Made by a program: the position numbers and the translations under genes. Source: Adineta vaga (lineage: Eukaryota > Animalia > Rotifera). From it: 64,000 bases of DNA. Position 1 is the first letter of the stretch. Every line of letters begins with the position of its first letter. Location: the NCBI GenBank assembly GCA_021613535.1, contig CP075492.1, positions 9,672,001-9,736,000 on the forward strand, written 5' to 3'. The notes under the pieces were generated by a model. That model ran no database searches. It worked only from the letters and a program-made list of their open reading frames with translations, and was not told where the DNA came from. This document shows, piece by piece, positions 27,039 to 40,639 of this stretch.

Positions 27039-28036
27039 TTAATTAACTGGATTAAATCCTTCTTTTAATGTTAACATATCGTTCGTTATTTGTAAATTAT
27101 TATCCACCAGTGCCCGATTTTCTTGATCAACAGTTCGACTCAACAATGTACCAAGACTAACTGGTAATGGTTGAATATGATCATAAAAATATGCATTAAT
27201 TTGTGCACCAACAATTAATAATAAACCACATATATAAAAAAACAAAACGGTTACTATCACAACTCCTAATTGACCAACATAATTTGTCATAAAATTATGA
27301 ACATATATTGGAAAACCAACAAAAATAACTTGCAAACCTACTGCAGCAAATAACGATCCACACCATCTAAATATATAAATATATATATAAACAAGACATT
27401 CAAATCAAAATTGAGTACATACGTATTGTGAAAAGACATCGTTCGATCAGGCACATAAATATAAGCTAATTCAAAGACTAAAAATCCCAATATTCCACTG
27501 GACAATGCTGATGCAAAATGATACCATCCTTCTCCTTTAATTATTATTGCAGGAGCAGATGCACTAATCATTAACACTGGTATTAGAATAAAAAATGCTA
27601 AAAGTAGTTTAATTGCATGAATATTTTGATTCAATACAGTTCGTTCACGTAATCGATAGACGATTGTTAAAACATCATCAATACAAATTAATAGACGTGA
27701 ACCACCAAATACTGAGACAACAAATGTAACAAAAAATACTAAACCGGCTTGATTTGATATAGATTTTACTAAAGTATCAACAACATCAGTTAAATTTCCT
27801 TCAGGAAAGGCTTCTACAAGACGATCACGAATGCTCTTCTCAATGGCTGGATCACCGTTAAAAATTAATGATACAATAGCAAATAGACACAAGATCAATG
27901 GTAATAGAGAGATCAGTAAGCTATAACCGATCAATGCTGATAGGGAAAATGACCAATCATATACAATTTTCCAACCAAGTTGTATAAAATCATGTTTAAG
28001 ATCAGCCAATTTTGCTTTTGTATTATTTGATATCAT
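27039..28036 (-). CDS. YihY/virulence factor BrkB family membrane protein (bacterial type, HGT candidate), one intron 27367-27422
   Basis: SALIGYSLLISLLPLIL (YihY TM1), IYVPDR...WCGSLFAAV, and NYVGQLGVVIVTVLFFYICGLLLIVGAQINA (YihY C-terminal YG.LG...LLGAE.NA). A 56-nt GT-AG intron joins the two ORFs in frame. Confidence 0.85.
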
Positions 28037-29146
28037 GTTACTTCTATGATGTGACAAACAAATGTATGAAACGCTCGGTTGATTTTTACATCCCGAACAA
28101 CCGACGAATACAACGAAAAAAAAAAATTATGTATATACATATTTCGTTTTCTCTTTTATATTTCTACGCGAAACATTGGGCAGACTAATCATTGATGAAA
28201 AAAAAAACCCACGTGTAACAGAATCATACTTTCTATTTTTGTTCATGTTTTTGTCTCATTGATATTGTTGAGATATTCAAACAAAGTCAAAGTATTTATC
28301 GACTTTGCTTCTTTTCATCACTTGAATGTTGAAGTATCACTTGTGTTCATAGCTGTCGATTAACATCAAAGTATCATTTTCAATAATGTTCTTTTCAACT
28401 TATTTCGTGAGATTAGAACTGTGTTTAATCGAAATGATAAATACATTTCATTCATTTTCACTAACGACAATCATATGTCATACCAATAAACAATATAGTA
28501 AAGTGATAAATGATTGTTCATTGTCATCTACTATTCACAGTAATTATTGATAGATATGATTATTTTGTCACATGTGGATGTTTATGTATCAACATCTCTT
28601 TTCAAACATACAATTAAAATCTATGTATAATGATCGAGTGTGAAATGCGATATAATAACAAGAACTAAATATCATCTCTTTTCACATGAAACATCGACGA
28701 TCTTTTTTCGATGAAGATTTTCTCTTTGAATATAGTCTTTCTTTACATTGATATTGACATTGACATGTTAAGTTAGAGAAAAAAAGAGATTATCGAATGT
28801 TAACATATTTAATTTCTTCGTTGATCGAAAAAACAAAAAAAAGAAATATAACTATATGCACGAGAAATTGAAATGTCAAATGTGCATACTTCCTCCTCTG
28901 TATTCATTTCGTTTCTAGAAGGGTCACTCACTTTTATTCTCTTTACTTTCGCCTCTTCAATTGCTTTTTCGTTTGTTTGTTTGATGTTTTCAAGTTATGT
29001 TGTTGTTGACCTGTCCGTCCGTCGTTGTCGTCGTCGTCGTCATTCTTTCGTTCGACATGTGTATACACGGTGCATATAGAAGATGATTACTGTCCACATA
29101 CATTCTTATTATTGACGAAGGAAAGAAAAAAAAAGGACAATTTCAA

Positions 29147-32100
29147 ATGTTTCAAGGTAAACTAAGCAGCAAATCCATTTATTATCAACTATTTATTCTC
29201 ATATTATTACATAAAACTTCTTCGAAAAGTATCATATTCAGTTATCGGACATGTTTACCCAATATTGATTTATTAAATATTGAACATTATTCACCATTGA
29301 ACAGTCAATTCTTTCGACTTGTTACAAAAGATTTTCGTTTACATATTCTTTATACATACGAAAATCAAACCTTAGAATATCAATTTGGACATTTCAATTT
29401 CTCTTCACCCTATTCAGCTAGTTTTGATTATCAATTTCAAACAGCTATTGATTATTATCATGAAATTGATGCATGGCATTATGTCAATATCACATTTGAT
29501 GATTATCTATCGAAAGTATTGGTATCATTTGGAGGAGATGAAACACGTTTAATACCATTAATCGATTATCCAATTAAGAATTTGACAACAAAATTAAATG
29601 TTCATGTACTTGTGGATGAACAACAAACGAATGTCACATGTTTATTGCCTTATTCAGGTTTTAATACGAATTATAAAAATTGTTTCATCAATATTAAAAC
29701 TTGTGGTTAGTCGAATGATATTTGTAGGAAGAAAGAAAACAAACAATTTTTCTTCTCTTTTAGAATATCAAACATGTACATCAACAAATAGTGCAGAACA
29801 GTATTGTCCACTTTTTAAAATATTTGATTGTCGACCATTCACAGGTAATGACTAATCAATATGTCAATAAAAAGACGTGTTTTGTTTTGTTTTCTAGATT
29901 TGGAATGTGGTTTGAAAACAATACCCGTTCGTTGTTTACAGAATCATTGTCAAAATCGAGGTGTTTGCTATGTTGACTTATTACGTAATTTAACTCAATG
30001 TGTTTGTCCATCTGGTAAGAGCAATTACTTTTTCAATCATATTTGTAAATATTTTCTCAAGGTTTTGCTGGTAATCAATGTCAATATTCGATTGATGAAT
30101 GTCAATCTAGTCCATGTCCGAAACATAGTCATTGTATTGATTTACCAAATAGTTATACATGTGTTTGTGGTATGAGGATTAGTCTTGAAGAGAAAACTAA
30201 GAAGGAAAATAAAAATTTGTTTGCACATATTTAGATCCAGGATGGACGGGTAGTGATTGTTCGGAAGATATCGATGAATGTAAAACGATACAACCATGTA
30301 AAGCAGCTCGTACTTGTATTAATCTTCCAGGAACTTATAAATGTGATTGTCTTGATAGTTTTGGTGGACAAAATTGTGAGATGGTAAACTTAATTAGTTT
30401 AGAATGTTGTTTTTCGTAAATGACTTGCTACTTTTATTTAGACACTTGATCCATGTTTATCTCAACCTTGTTTGAATGACGCTATCAAATGTCATCCAAT
30501 TCTTGAAAGTAATAATGTTGTTTTTCGATGTACATGTCAAGCAGGATTTACCGGTCATCGATGTGAAACGAATATAAACGATTGCGAAGGGGTTGTTTGT
30601 TCAACAAATAATACGCATTGTGTTGATGGATTAAATTCATATGATTGTCTATGTAAAGCGAATTTTAAACAAAGTATGATGATTTACATTTACACAAAAA
30701 AAATTAATGATTGAATGGATTTTGTTTAGATCCTGATCGTTCATGTACGGAACAAAATCCTTGTTATTCATCACCTTGTCATTCGAATGCAACGTGTTAT
30801 AATTTGAATGGAGGACAATATCGTTGTATGTGTCCACCAACGTATACAGGCATTCATTGTACGGAAGATATTGATGAATGTACCGTTTTTCCATCGATAT
30901 GTCGAAATGGCGGAACGTATGTTTGCTTATGATCAAAATTCATATTTATTCAAGACTATTTCTGTTTTTTTTACTAGATGTATTAATGAAATTGGTTCAT
31001 ATCGTTGTTTTTGTTCAGCTGGTTGGACTGGACCAACATGTGCTAAGGCAATTGATTATTGTCTTTCACAACCTTGCAATCGAAATGGAACATGTATTAA
31101 TAAAGTATGAAAATTTTTAGGAAATATTTTTAGAAATAATAATGGATTTATATAATTAGATCAATGGTTTTGAATGTCGATGTTTATCAACTTATAGAGG
31201 TGATGTTTGTCAGTATGATATTAATGAATGTCTTGTTAATCCATGTATGAATAATGGTACATGTCATAATTATGTTGGTGGTTATCATTGTCAATGTTCA
31301 ATGGGATATTTTGGTAATATTATCTGATGAATTATGATTTTTATTTTTGGTTAATTTTAGGCGATCGTTGTCAATATTCACCATTGGATTGTCAACATTT
31401 TAAACAAGCAAATTTATCGATTAAATGTACCGATCCTCAATTATGTGTTGTTAATGATACGAAAAAACTAGATGAATTAAATCAATTATCTGCAAATACA
31501 TGTAAAAATGAACAAGATCAACAACTTGATACTTATTTTATATGTATAAACGAACGACCCGCAGATCAATGCCAGTGTCCTACAAGTAAGTGAATTCGTC
31601 GTTTTTCATGTGAAAAACTAAATGAATGAAAATTTTCATTTAGATTTCCAATCTTGTATTGATAAACAAATAAATCAATCGAAACCTTGTAATTGTCAAA
31701 ATAATGGTACTTGTTTCTGGTTAAATTCTACCAATCATCGTTGTTATTGTCCAGTCGGATTAACTGGTCCCAATTGTCTTACAGATATTGATCTTTGTTC
31801 CAGTCATCCATGTTATAATAATGGTACATGTCATTCGCAATTGAATACTTTCACTTGTCAATGTCCATCTTATGCCAAAGGTATCTATTGTCAAGAAAGA
31901 ATTGATCCATGTGAAAAGAATCCTTGTTTAAATGCTGGTCAATGTCAACGTATAAATAATTCTTATCAATGTAATTGTACATCAAGTTATACAGGTATGC
32001 ATTGTGAACTCTATCGAACGCCATGTTTATCTCAACCATGTCAAAATTTTGGCAAATGTTTTGATTATAATAATACATTCGAATGTCAATGTCCATTTAA

Positions 32101-35100
32101 TTATCAAGGACAATTTTGTGAACAATCTTTGGATTTATGTCAAACATTATCGAATACAAGTCTTTGTTTAAATGGTGGAACATGTCGAATAACTAATCAT
32201 ACAATTCAATGTTTCTGTTTGCCAGGTTTTACTGGTCTTTTTTGTGACGTAAATATCGATGAATGTTACATAAAACCATGTTCACCACATGGAGAATGTC
32301 TTGATTTAATTAATGGTTATCAATGTCAATGTGAATCGGGTTGGTTTGGATATAATTGTGATCGACAACAAAAAGAATTAAGTAAATCTTTAATATCTCG
32401 TTTGAGTCTTTCATCAATATTTCATTTACATAATTCATCAATAAATATTTCAAAAATTTTACCTTATCGTTCATCATTATTACCCATACGGATACAATAT
32501 GAATTTCGTACAACATTAAAACAAAGTACACTTCTAGCAATTGGTCAACGTTTTCAACAGGAATTAATTCATAATCGAATTGTAACACATTTAGATAAGA
32601 AGATTATGTTATCAACATTTGTTGATCATCGAGATCAATGGAATATGATTATTATTGAAGTCTTTCCTCTTTGGATTGATGTACGCATTGGAAGAAATTC
32701 GATGTCACAACGTTTCTATGTTCCACATCCATCTTTAGAAAATGATTTACAAAAAGAAATCATATTTGGTTATAGAAATTATTCCGGGTGTGTTCGACAA
32801 ATTGAAATTACGTATAGTCAAGCATATTCAATTGTATTAACTGACCAACTGATAGAAACAAATGAAAAACTTACCGTCGGTTGTGAAAAGTAAATAGTTT
32901 CAAATATGATCCATAAAAATACTATTGATTGCATTTTTTCCTTCGTAGGACGAATGCTTGTCATTCAACTGTTTGTCGAAAGAATGAATTATGTCATGAT
33001 CATTGGTTTTATCATACATGTGAATGTCAATCACCATTTTTTGGTGAAAAATGTGATCAAAGTAAGCTAAACATTTTTGTTTTTATTGTTTTTATAGAAA
33101 TTTTTTTGTAAATTCTAGTCGCACCGATTGTCACATTTAATCAAACAAGTTTAGTTGATATTTCTCTATCAACATCGATTTCAAATATTTCATTTTTCTT
33201 TAATACATTACAAGCAAATGGAACTTTATTTGAATTGATATCTTCATCAAAAGCATCCCGAATAACTCGCGATTTAACATTCTCACAAAATCGTTCGTCT
33301 GCAAGAATTCTTGGATCATTAGTCAATGGTCGTTTTCGTTTGACGGTTATTGATCATGAACCTAAATTTCAAGAATATGAATTACGTAATGAACAAAGAT
33401 TAAATGATGGTCGTCCACATCAAATTCAACTTGATTTACACAATAATCGTTTGATTATCGATAGTATTTACAATGAATCATTGATTAAATTAAATAATAG
33501 AATCATTCCAAATAAATTTCAATTAAATCCTGATCAAATTCTTACTGGTTGGTTACAAGATTTAAGAATTAACAATCAACTTATCTCACTTAATAATCCT
33601 AATCAAACAAACAAAAATTTTAATAAGACAATTATTAATATGAAAGAATTAACGAATAATCCTTGTTATCCGTATAATCCATGTCGAAATCAAGGAACTT
33701 GTCTTGTAACAAATTCACATCAGTACATGTAAGTCAATTTTGTCAATAAAAGAGCAAATAAGTTGAATAGAACTATATCAGATGACTGAACGATTGAAAT
33801 TAAATAAAGACATCCTAGCTTTTGTCCAGTTTGAAGTAGTACACTTTATTCTAGCTTCTTCTTTTTTTGTGTTTAACGCACTTTTGAACCTTGAGTGGCT
33901 ATATTCATTCGCTTGTCTAATGTACACAATCACATCTATGCCACTGTCCTTTTCTCTCGTATGTCACCTCAATTGTGCTTTCCTTTCTCATAAGTAGACT
34001 GCGGCCAAGTTTTTTTCTTTCTTTTCTCTTCTTAACTGTACTTTAATAGAAATAGTAAAGGTAAGTTTGAACGAGACACAGAACGGCGGTCACAATGCAA
34101 TTACTTTCTCTCTTTCTCTTCGTACATTGAGGGCGTAAAAGTTCAAACTATTGTGTCTACACATTCTATCTATCTATGCATCGATTCTTGGTTTTTATTC
34201 AATATACCATCTCCAATATACATAACTTCCATCCTATGTTTGAAAAATTTCTTATTTTTATTTTTCTTCTCTTCTTTCCATCTACAATCAGATGTCAATG
34301 TGAAAACGATTGGTTTGGTCAAAATTGTTCACAAATTAATCTATGTAATTATAATAACAGTAGTCTTTGTCCGGATGGATTTCGATGTCAAACAACTAAT
34401 GATAAACAAGAATGTTTAGCAATAGGAACATTTGAAGGAAATTCAAGTAGATTAAAAGGTATATTCAATTACAGTACATCATTATCATCCAATGAATTAA
34501 CATTTCGTCTTCGTGCGTATTCACAATCAGCACATTTATTAACGATAAGAAATCTTTTCACATCGAAATATTTCTCATTATATTTCTCATCGGATCAATT
34601 GATTTATCGTCATTCAAATTTAACTGATGATTTGATAATTCCATTAAATCAACAAACATTTCGACAATGGACAACATTTCATTTTCAATGGCTGGAGAAT
34701 TCAACATTGATGTTTAATCATACTTTAACATATACGATGAATTTAACATTGGAAGATGAAATCTTCTCATTAGATCATCCAATGGAAATTACAATAGGCG
34801 ATGGTTTTCGTGGATGTTTAGAATATGTTCTGTTAGGTAATGATCTTTATGTTCCATTCTATGAAAATTTAAATATTGGAAATTTAACTTATATCAATGA
34901 AATTCAAATTGAACAATTCGAAAATATTCTAATTAATAATTGTTCATTTAATAATGTATGTGCAAATATGCTTTGTCATAATGGACAATGTATTAATGAT
35001 TTTGATCGTGGTAAATGTCTCTGTAATCAGGGATGGGAAGGTGATACTTGTGAGCAAAATATTGATGAATGTCAACAGGGAAATAATTGTTCAATTGAAC

Positions 35101-36973
35101 ATAGTGTTTGTGTGGATCATCTTGATGGTTATTATACATGCAAATGTCAACAAGGTTTTACTGGAAAATAGTAAGTTGATTGTGTATTTTATTTTTCGCT
35201 CTTTCTCTCTCTTTGTTTGCGGTCATTGAACTTTTTTTTGAAACAGCTGATGCCGATGATTTATCGTTACGACTAGACACATCTATGTTTCTCGGTCGTA
35301 AAAAAGCAAGTAAATGTGAAGACAATTGTTTTGATCAAATGAATTGTATAGGCATGTCAAAATTGAAAGACTAGAACATTGGTGTAAATCTAAACGGTAT
35401 AGGCTCGTGTCTATACGATAGATAGAAATCAAGTTAACGATTTGATTTACCGATGTCTATATGATATCACATTAATCTTACGTTGTAGTTTTATCTATAC
35501 GTTCTTTTCTATCAATCATAATTAATAATTTGAGATTGAATGATCGTATCGAACTGTCAACGTAATTCATTCGAAATCTATCACTTATGTGCATCGAAGT
35601 ATTTATAATAAAGTCTAAGAACGTATTTAAAGTCACGCATGTTGATTAGATCGTATAAGCTGTACTAATGAGTGATTGTTATGTTTTATTCTAGTTGTGA
35701 AACAAATATTGATGAATGTTCATCTTCACCATGTGGTAATAATGGTATATGTACAGATTTAGTCAATGGTTATCGATGTAATTGTACAAATAATTATATC
35801 AGTTCCAACTGTTCAATTTCATTGGATAGTACATGTTTTGGTCGAGTAAAATCTTGTCAAAATAATGGTACATGTATTTTAAAAAGTACAAATCTTTATG
35901 TTGATAATCCGAAAACGGAATGTCAATGTCGAGATGGATATGATGGTCAATGGTGTGAAAACGATTTATGTTCGAAATTAAAATGTCGTCATAACGGAAC
36001 ATGTCAACGATTACCACATGCACAAGCACAATGTTTGTGTACTGCACAATGGCATGGAAATGAATGTCAACATGATGTTAATGAATGTTTTATGAATTCC
36101 ACAAATTTATGTTTAAATAATGGAACGTGTTGGAACTATCCTGGTGGTTATACATGTCGTTGTTTGGAAAATTATTTGGGAAGTAATTGTGAACGTAAAC
36201 ATGTATGTTTAGAACATACACCATGTTTGAATAATGGATTATGTCGACCTGATGGTGAACAATATTATTGTGAATGTTCATCAAAATTTACAGGTAACGA
36301 AAAAATTAAAATATTTTTCTTGAAAAAAGAATAAATGATTGTAATTAAGGTTTACATTGCGAATATCCAACATGTGAATCAGCTCCTTGTCATAATAATG
36401 GAACATGTACACCCGATAGTGAACGAGGATTTGTATGTAATTGTACAGATACAGGTAAATTGATTGATTTTATTCGTAGATTAAATTTTACATATTGATT
36501 TTAATAGGTTATGAAGATGAAAAATGTTTGACGGAAATCAATGAATGTCTTAGTAATCCATGTCACAATAATGGTAGTTGTATTGATCAAATTAATGGAT
36601 ATATCTGTGCATGTCCAAAAGCTTTTATTGGACATCAATGTGAAAATAAGGTACATAAATTGTAATATAGAGAGTTTTATATTGATGCATCTGTTATTGT
36701 GGGACATTTGGGAACGAAGAATTCATATATTTTCTATTCTTATTTTAGAAATTTCTTGCTCTACTTGGCTTTTCTTATCATTATGTGATATGGCCTGGTG
36801 TAGCTGTACTCTTACTATTGATAATTATCTTGCTATCGGTTGTGATCAGTCGTATACGTGAAAGTCGTCGATCACGAGGTACATATCGACCAGCATTAAA
36901 TGAAAATGGTCAAAGTTCACGTGTCGAATTCAGTATGATTCTAAAACCTCCACCAGAAGAACGATTGATTTGA
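29147..36973 (+). CDS. crb: Crumbs homolog (EGF repeats, laminin G domains, single TM, short tail)
   Basis: Signal peptide, many EGF/cbEGF repeats (DIDEC, NINDC) and three LamG-like regions. The TM is followed by the GTYRP FERM-binding motif and the C-terminal [11 protein letters not shown]-binding motif. Confidence 0.93.
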
Positions 36974-37260
36974 GGAATAATACTAAAGCATATGTCAGAT
37001 ATGATTAGTCAGTTTTTTTCTCCTACTAGCATCGCTATTTTTTTTTTCTTTCTCTCTATCGCTTTCTTATTCTGCATGTTTTTTCTCTGTGTATGCATGT
37101 GTGTGTTGCTATTTGTTATAATGATTTGTATGTACAAAAACAAAGCTGATGTCTGATGCAATGTAGTTTACTGTGGTTTTTCTCTTCTTTTGTCTTTATT
37201 CTTGTTTATAATGAAAAACAATAAATTTCAAATTCCTATTCTTATTTTGAGATTTTCATT

Positions 37261-37782
37261 ATGTCGATCACCGCAAAATCACTACTCGATAATCTCGATA
37301 ATGTAGCTGTTGTTTGTGCTGGCATTTTTGCTGGTACTGCTTTATATATTTCTATTGGTGAAGTTCCAGCTATGCAACAATTAGGCGCTGATATACATTG
37401 GCGATTCTTTCCACCAATGTTTAAAAAAGCTGCTTTATATCAAACGATTGTTGCATGGACTTCTGGTGCAGCTAGTATTATTCATGGTACACGTATTAAT
37501 GGTGCACCATTCTATCGTAATCTATGGATTATTGCTGGTTCAACATTTTTTGCCATAACTCCGTACACAATTTTTGTTATGTTACCAACAAATAAAATAA
37601 TTTTGAACGATAATCAAGATATTGCCTCGGGAAAAGAAAGCCAGTTTAGTGTAACACAAAAAGAAGATTTATTGAATAAATGGGCTGGACTTCATCTTGT
37701 TCGTACCGTATCTTCATTGGCAAGTTTTGGAGCAATGGTATTTGGCCTTAGTCGTCATACATCTTTGATATTAGGACGGTAA
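37261..37782 (+). CDS. DUF1772 / anthrone oxygenase-family membrane protein, intronless (HGT candidate)
   Basis: CAGIFAGTALYISIGEVPA, PYTIFVMLPTNKII and LLNKWAGLHLVRT motifs, with four hydrophobic helices. Confidence 0.8.
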   Translation: MSITAKSLLDNLDNVAVVCAGIFAGTALYISIGEVPAMQQLGADIHWRFFPPMFKKAALYQTIVAWTSGAASIIHGTRINGAPFYRNLWIIAGSTFFAITPYTIFVMLPTNKIILNDNQDIASGKESQFSVTQKEDLLNKWAGLHLVRTVSSLASFGAMVFGLSRHTSLILGR

Positions 37783-37990
37783 ACAATCGATGAATTCAAA
37801 ACTATTCAATCCCTATAATGCTTAGTTACAACATAATCCTTCTTATTCCTATAGATTTTCTGTAGAATGAATCTAGATTTCATAAATGCTGATATGCTTT
37901 TAATGAACGGAGGTAATAATAGATATATTTCTTTTCTTCTTAGTTAAACGATAACAACATCAATAAAAAATAAAATTTCTGAAATTTTTT

Positions 37991-40544
37991 TTATTGCCTT
38001 TGACCGGCGAAACGTTCACGATAAGCATTAGCCATTGGTTGTTCCACACGTTTAAACAATGGTCGAGCTTGTCCAATTGTATGACCAATTGGTAAATAAC
38101 AACGAAAAGAATTTTCCAAAGCATAAACAGTTTGCTCAATATTTAACTGTTGTCGAATTTCATTCGATGTAGATGGCATGTATGGTTGAAGAACCAATGA
38201 CAATAAATAAACAAGATTTATTGCCAAAGTAATACTTATTTCAGCATCGATACTAATGAAGACAGATAGATTTGCTTAGAAACGAAATTAAATATTAAAC
38301 TTACCGATCCGCTTCGGAACCTTTGCATTTTGACCATGGTTGTTTCGTCTGTAAATATTGATTACCATAACGAGACATGCGTAAGACACATTTAAGACCA
38401 TCACGTAATCTAAAACAAACAAACAAACAAACAATGAAATATACGAATTAATTATCTAAATAAGAAAGTTACTTCGTTCGTTCCATAGCTTCTATATAAG
38501 CATTTAATTCATGTGTGATTTGTGCAACAAATAATTGATCAAGATGAGTTTCTAATTTCGATGCATCACCGATTCTACCATTGAAATTCTTTTCACAAAA
38601 AGCAATCGCTCTAAAACATTCAAAATAGAATTTTTGTAAGATTGATGAGTTTTTCTACCGATTAACAAAATTGCCAAGATTATTTAATAATTCTGAATTA
38701 TTCTTGGCCATTAAATCATTCCATGAGAAGACACTATCCTAAAATAAATCAATATAAACAAACGGAACATATTTGATTGTCTATTTACTTGACTTTCTGG
38801 TCGGATAAATAACAAATAAAATCTCCAAATATCTGCTACAATTTCTGTTTCTTGAGCATGATCACCAAACACACCAACACCTCGACTTTTGGAGAATTTT
38901 GCATCTTCATAATTAAGATAATCTAAAGATTAACAACGATATCTCTTCTTGTTCTTTTAAACTAAAATCAAAATTTACCAATGCCTGAAAGATGATTCAC
39001 AACAGTATAATTATCTTGTGAACCGAGAAGACAAGCAGGAAAGATAATTGCATGAAATGGAACATTATCCTTAGCCATAAATTGAAATAATTCCACCTAA
39101 AAAGTATTAAAAGACATTTCAACTTCTTCGTTTTTTTCTTCGTTGAATCAAAGCAATCTACTTTATCCGGTTGTTTCCACCATTTTTCCCATTCATCCGT
39201 ATAATTTGCTGTTATTGAAAGATAACCAATTGGTGCATCAAACCATACGTAAAAAACTTTATCAATGTAACCTTCTAAAGGTACTGGTGTGCCCCATTTC
39301 AGATCTCGTGTAATACATCGTGGTTTAAGACCATCATTAAGCCAAGCGTCCGTAATATTACTAGCTGTATTCGTCCAATGTCCATCTTTACTTGATTTGT
39401 CAAACCATTTGCGAACCTCCGGTGCTAACTAAAAACATCGAAATAGGAGACTCGAATAATATTAATTATCTTCATAAATGAAATGATTCTTACATTAGGC
39501 AAGTCGAGAAACAAATGATCCGTTGTTTTGACGAGTGGCGTGCTACGACAAACTTGACATTTCGGTGAAATCAATTCGATAGCATTGATTAATTTTTGAC
39601 ATTTATCGCATTGATCACCACGAGCATCATCATATTTGCAAGCAGGATCTGGACAAGTACCAGCTACGAAACGATCAGCAAGAAAGCGTTGACAAGTTTC
39701 ACAATATAATTGTTCAACTGTATCTTTCGTGACAAGATTTCGTTTATATAATTTCCAAAAAATATCTTGAGAAATTCTAGAAATATTATCCAGATAGATG
39801 ATGCACAATAAATATTCAATAAGAACTAATCTTACTCAGTTTGTTTTGGTGTTGATGTACGTCCGAAGAAATCGAAATCTAATTGAAACCATTTGTAAAT
39901 CTTTGTATGTAATTCATAATATTTATCGCAAATTTGTCGTGGTGTACATTTTTCTTCCAATGCTTTCGTTTCAGTTGCTGTACCATATTCATCTGTACCG
40001 CAAATGTACAAAGTATTATAGTTTCTCAACCGACAATAACGTGCAAAGACATCGGCACTTAATAATGATCCGACCAGATTACCTAAATGTGGTACATTGT
40101 TCACATAAGGTAAGGCACTAGTAATCAAAACATTTCTTGCATCAGGTTTAGGTAATCTACAAGTAAGAAATAGAATAGAGAAGCTTTTTTCAATGCATAT
40201 TTCTCTTACATCTTTTCATCAGGTTTACGTTGATTAGCTGTCAATGGTTGTTTTGTCCATTCTTTCAAAGCTTTATCGACTTCTTCAGGTGTCCGATTGA
40301 AATCAAGTTCTTCCGGTGGTGGCTCAGCCATAGCTTGAGGTTTTTCTTGCTTTGATTTATCTTGCTTAGGTTTTTCTTGTTTGGGCTTTTCCTGTTTCGG
40401 TTTATCTTGTTTCGGTTTTTCCTTTTTTACTTTAACCGGTTTTTCTGCAGTTGCTGCACTTGCTTCTTCAGGTTTTATCGTTGTTGATTCTTCAACTTTT
40501 AAATTTTGTAAATTAATATCGTCTGTAATATTTGATGTAGCCAT
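37991..40544 (-). CDS. MARS1: Cytoplasmic methionyl-tRNA synthetase
   Basis: [16 protein letters not shown] (HIGH), [11 protein letters not shown], zinc knuckle [28 protein letters not shown] and KFSKSRG. Confidence 0.97.
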
Positions 40545-40597
40545 GATCTGAAAATAACTCATATGTATATATATAAATGTACAAACATGTCATTAAC

Positions 40598-40639
40598 TTA
40601 TGCAATGTAGATGAACTGACGCAATGGATCATGAGTCAT
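40598..40639. promoter_or_regulatory. bZIP motif cluster (TTATGCAAT, TGACGCAAT, ATGAGTCAT) upstream of MetRS
   Basis: C/EBP-like, C/EBP-ATF composite and perfect GCN4/AP-1 motifs lie 55-95 bp upstream of the ATG. Confidence 0.5.

Noticed and set aside
29598-36861. Numerous alternative-frame and antisense ORFs over crumbs (e.g. 31851-32096, 32310-32588, 35799-36047)
   Set aside because: They are shadow ORFs caused by biased codon usage of EGF repeats and have no independent motifs.
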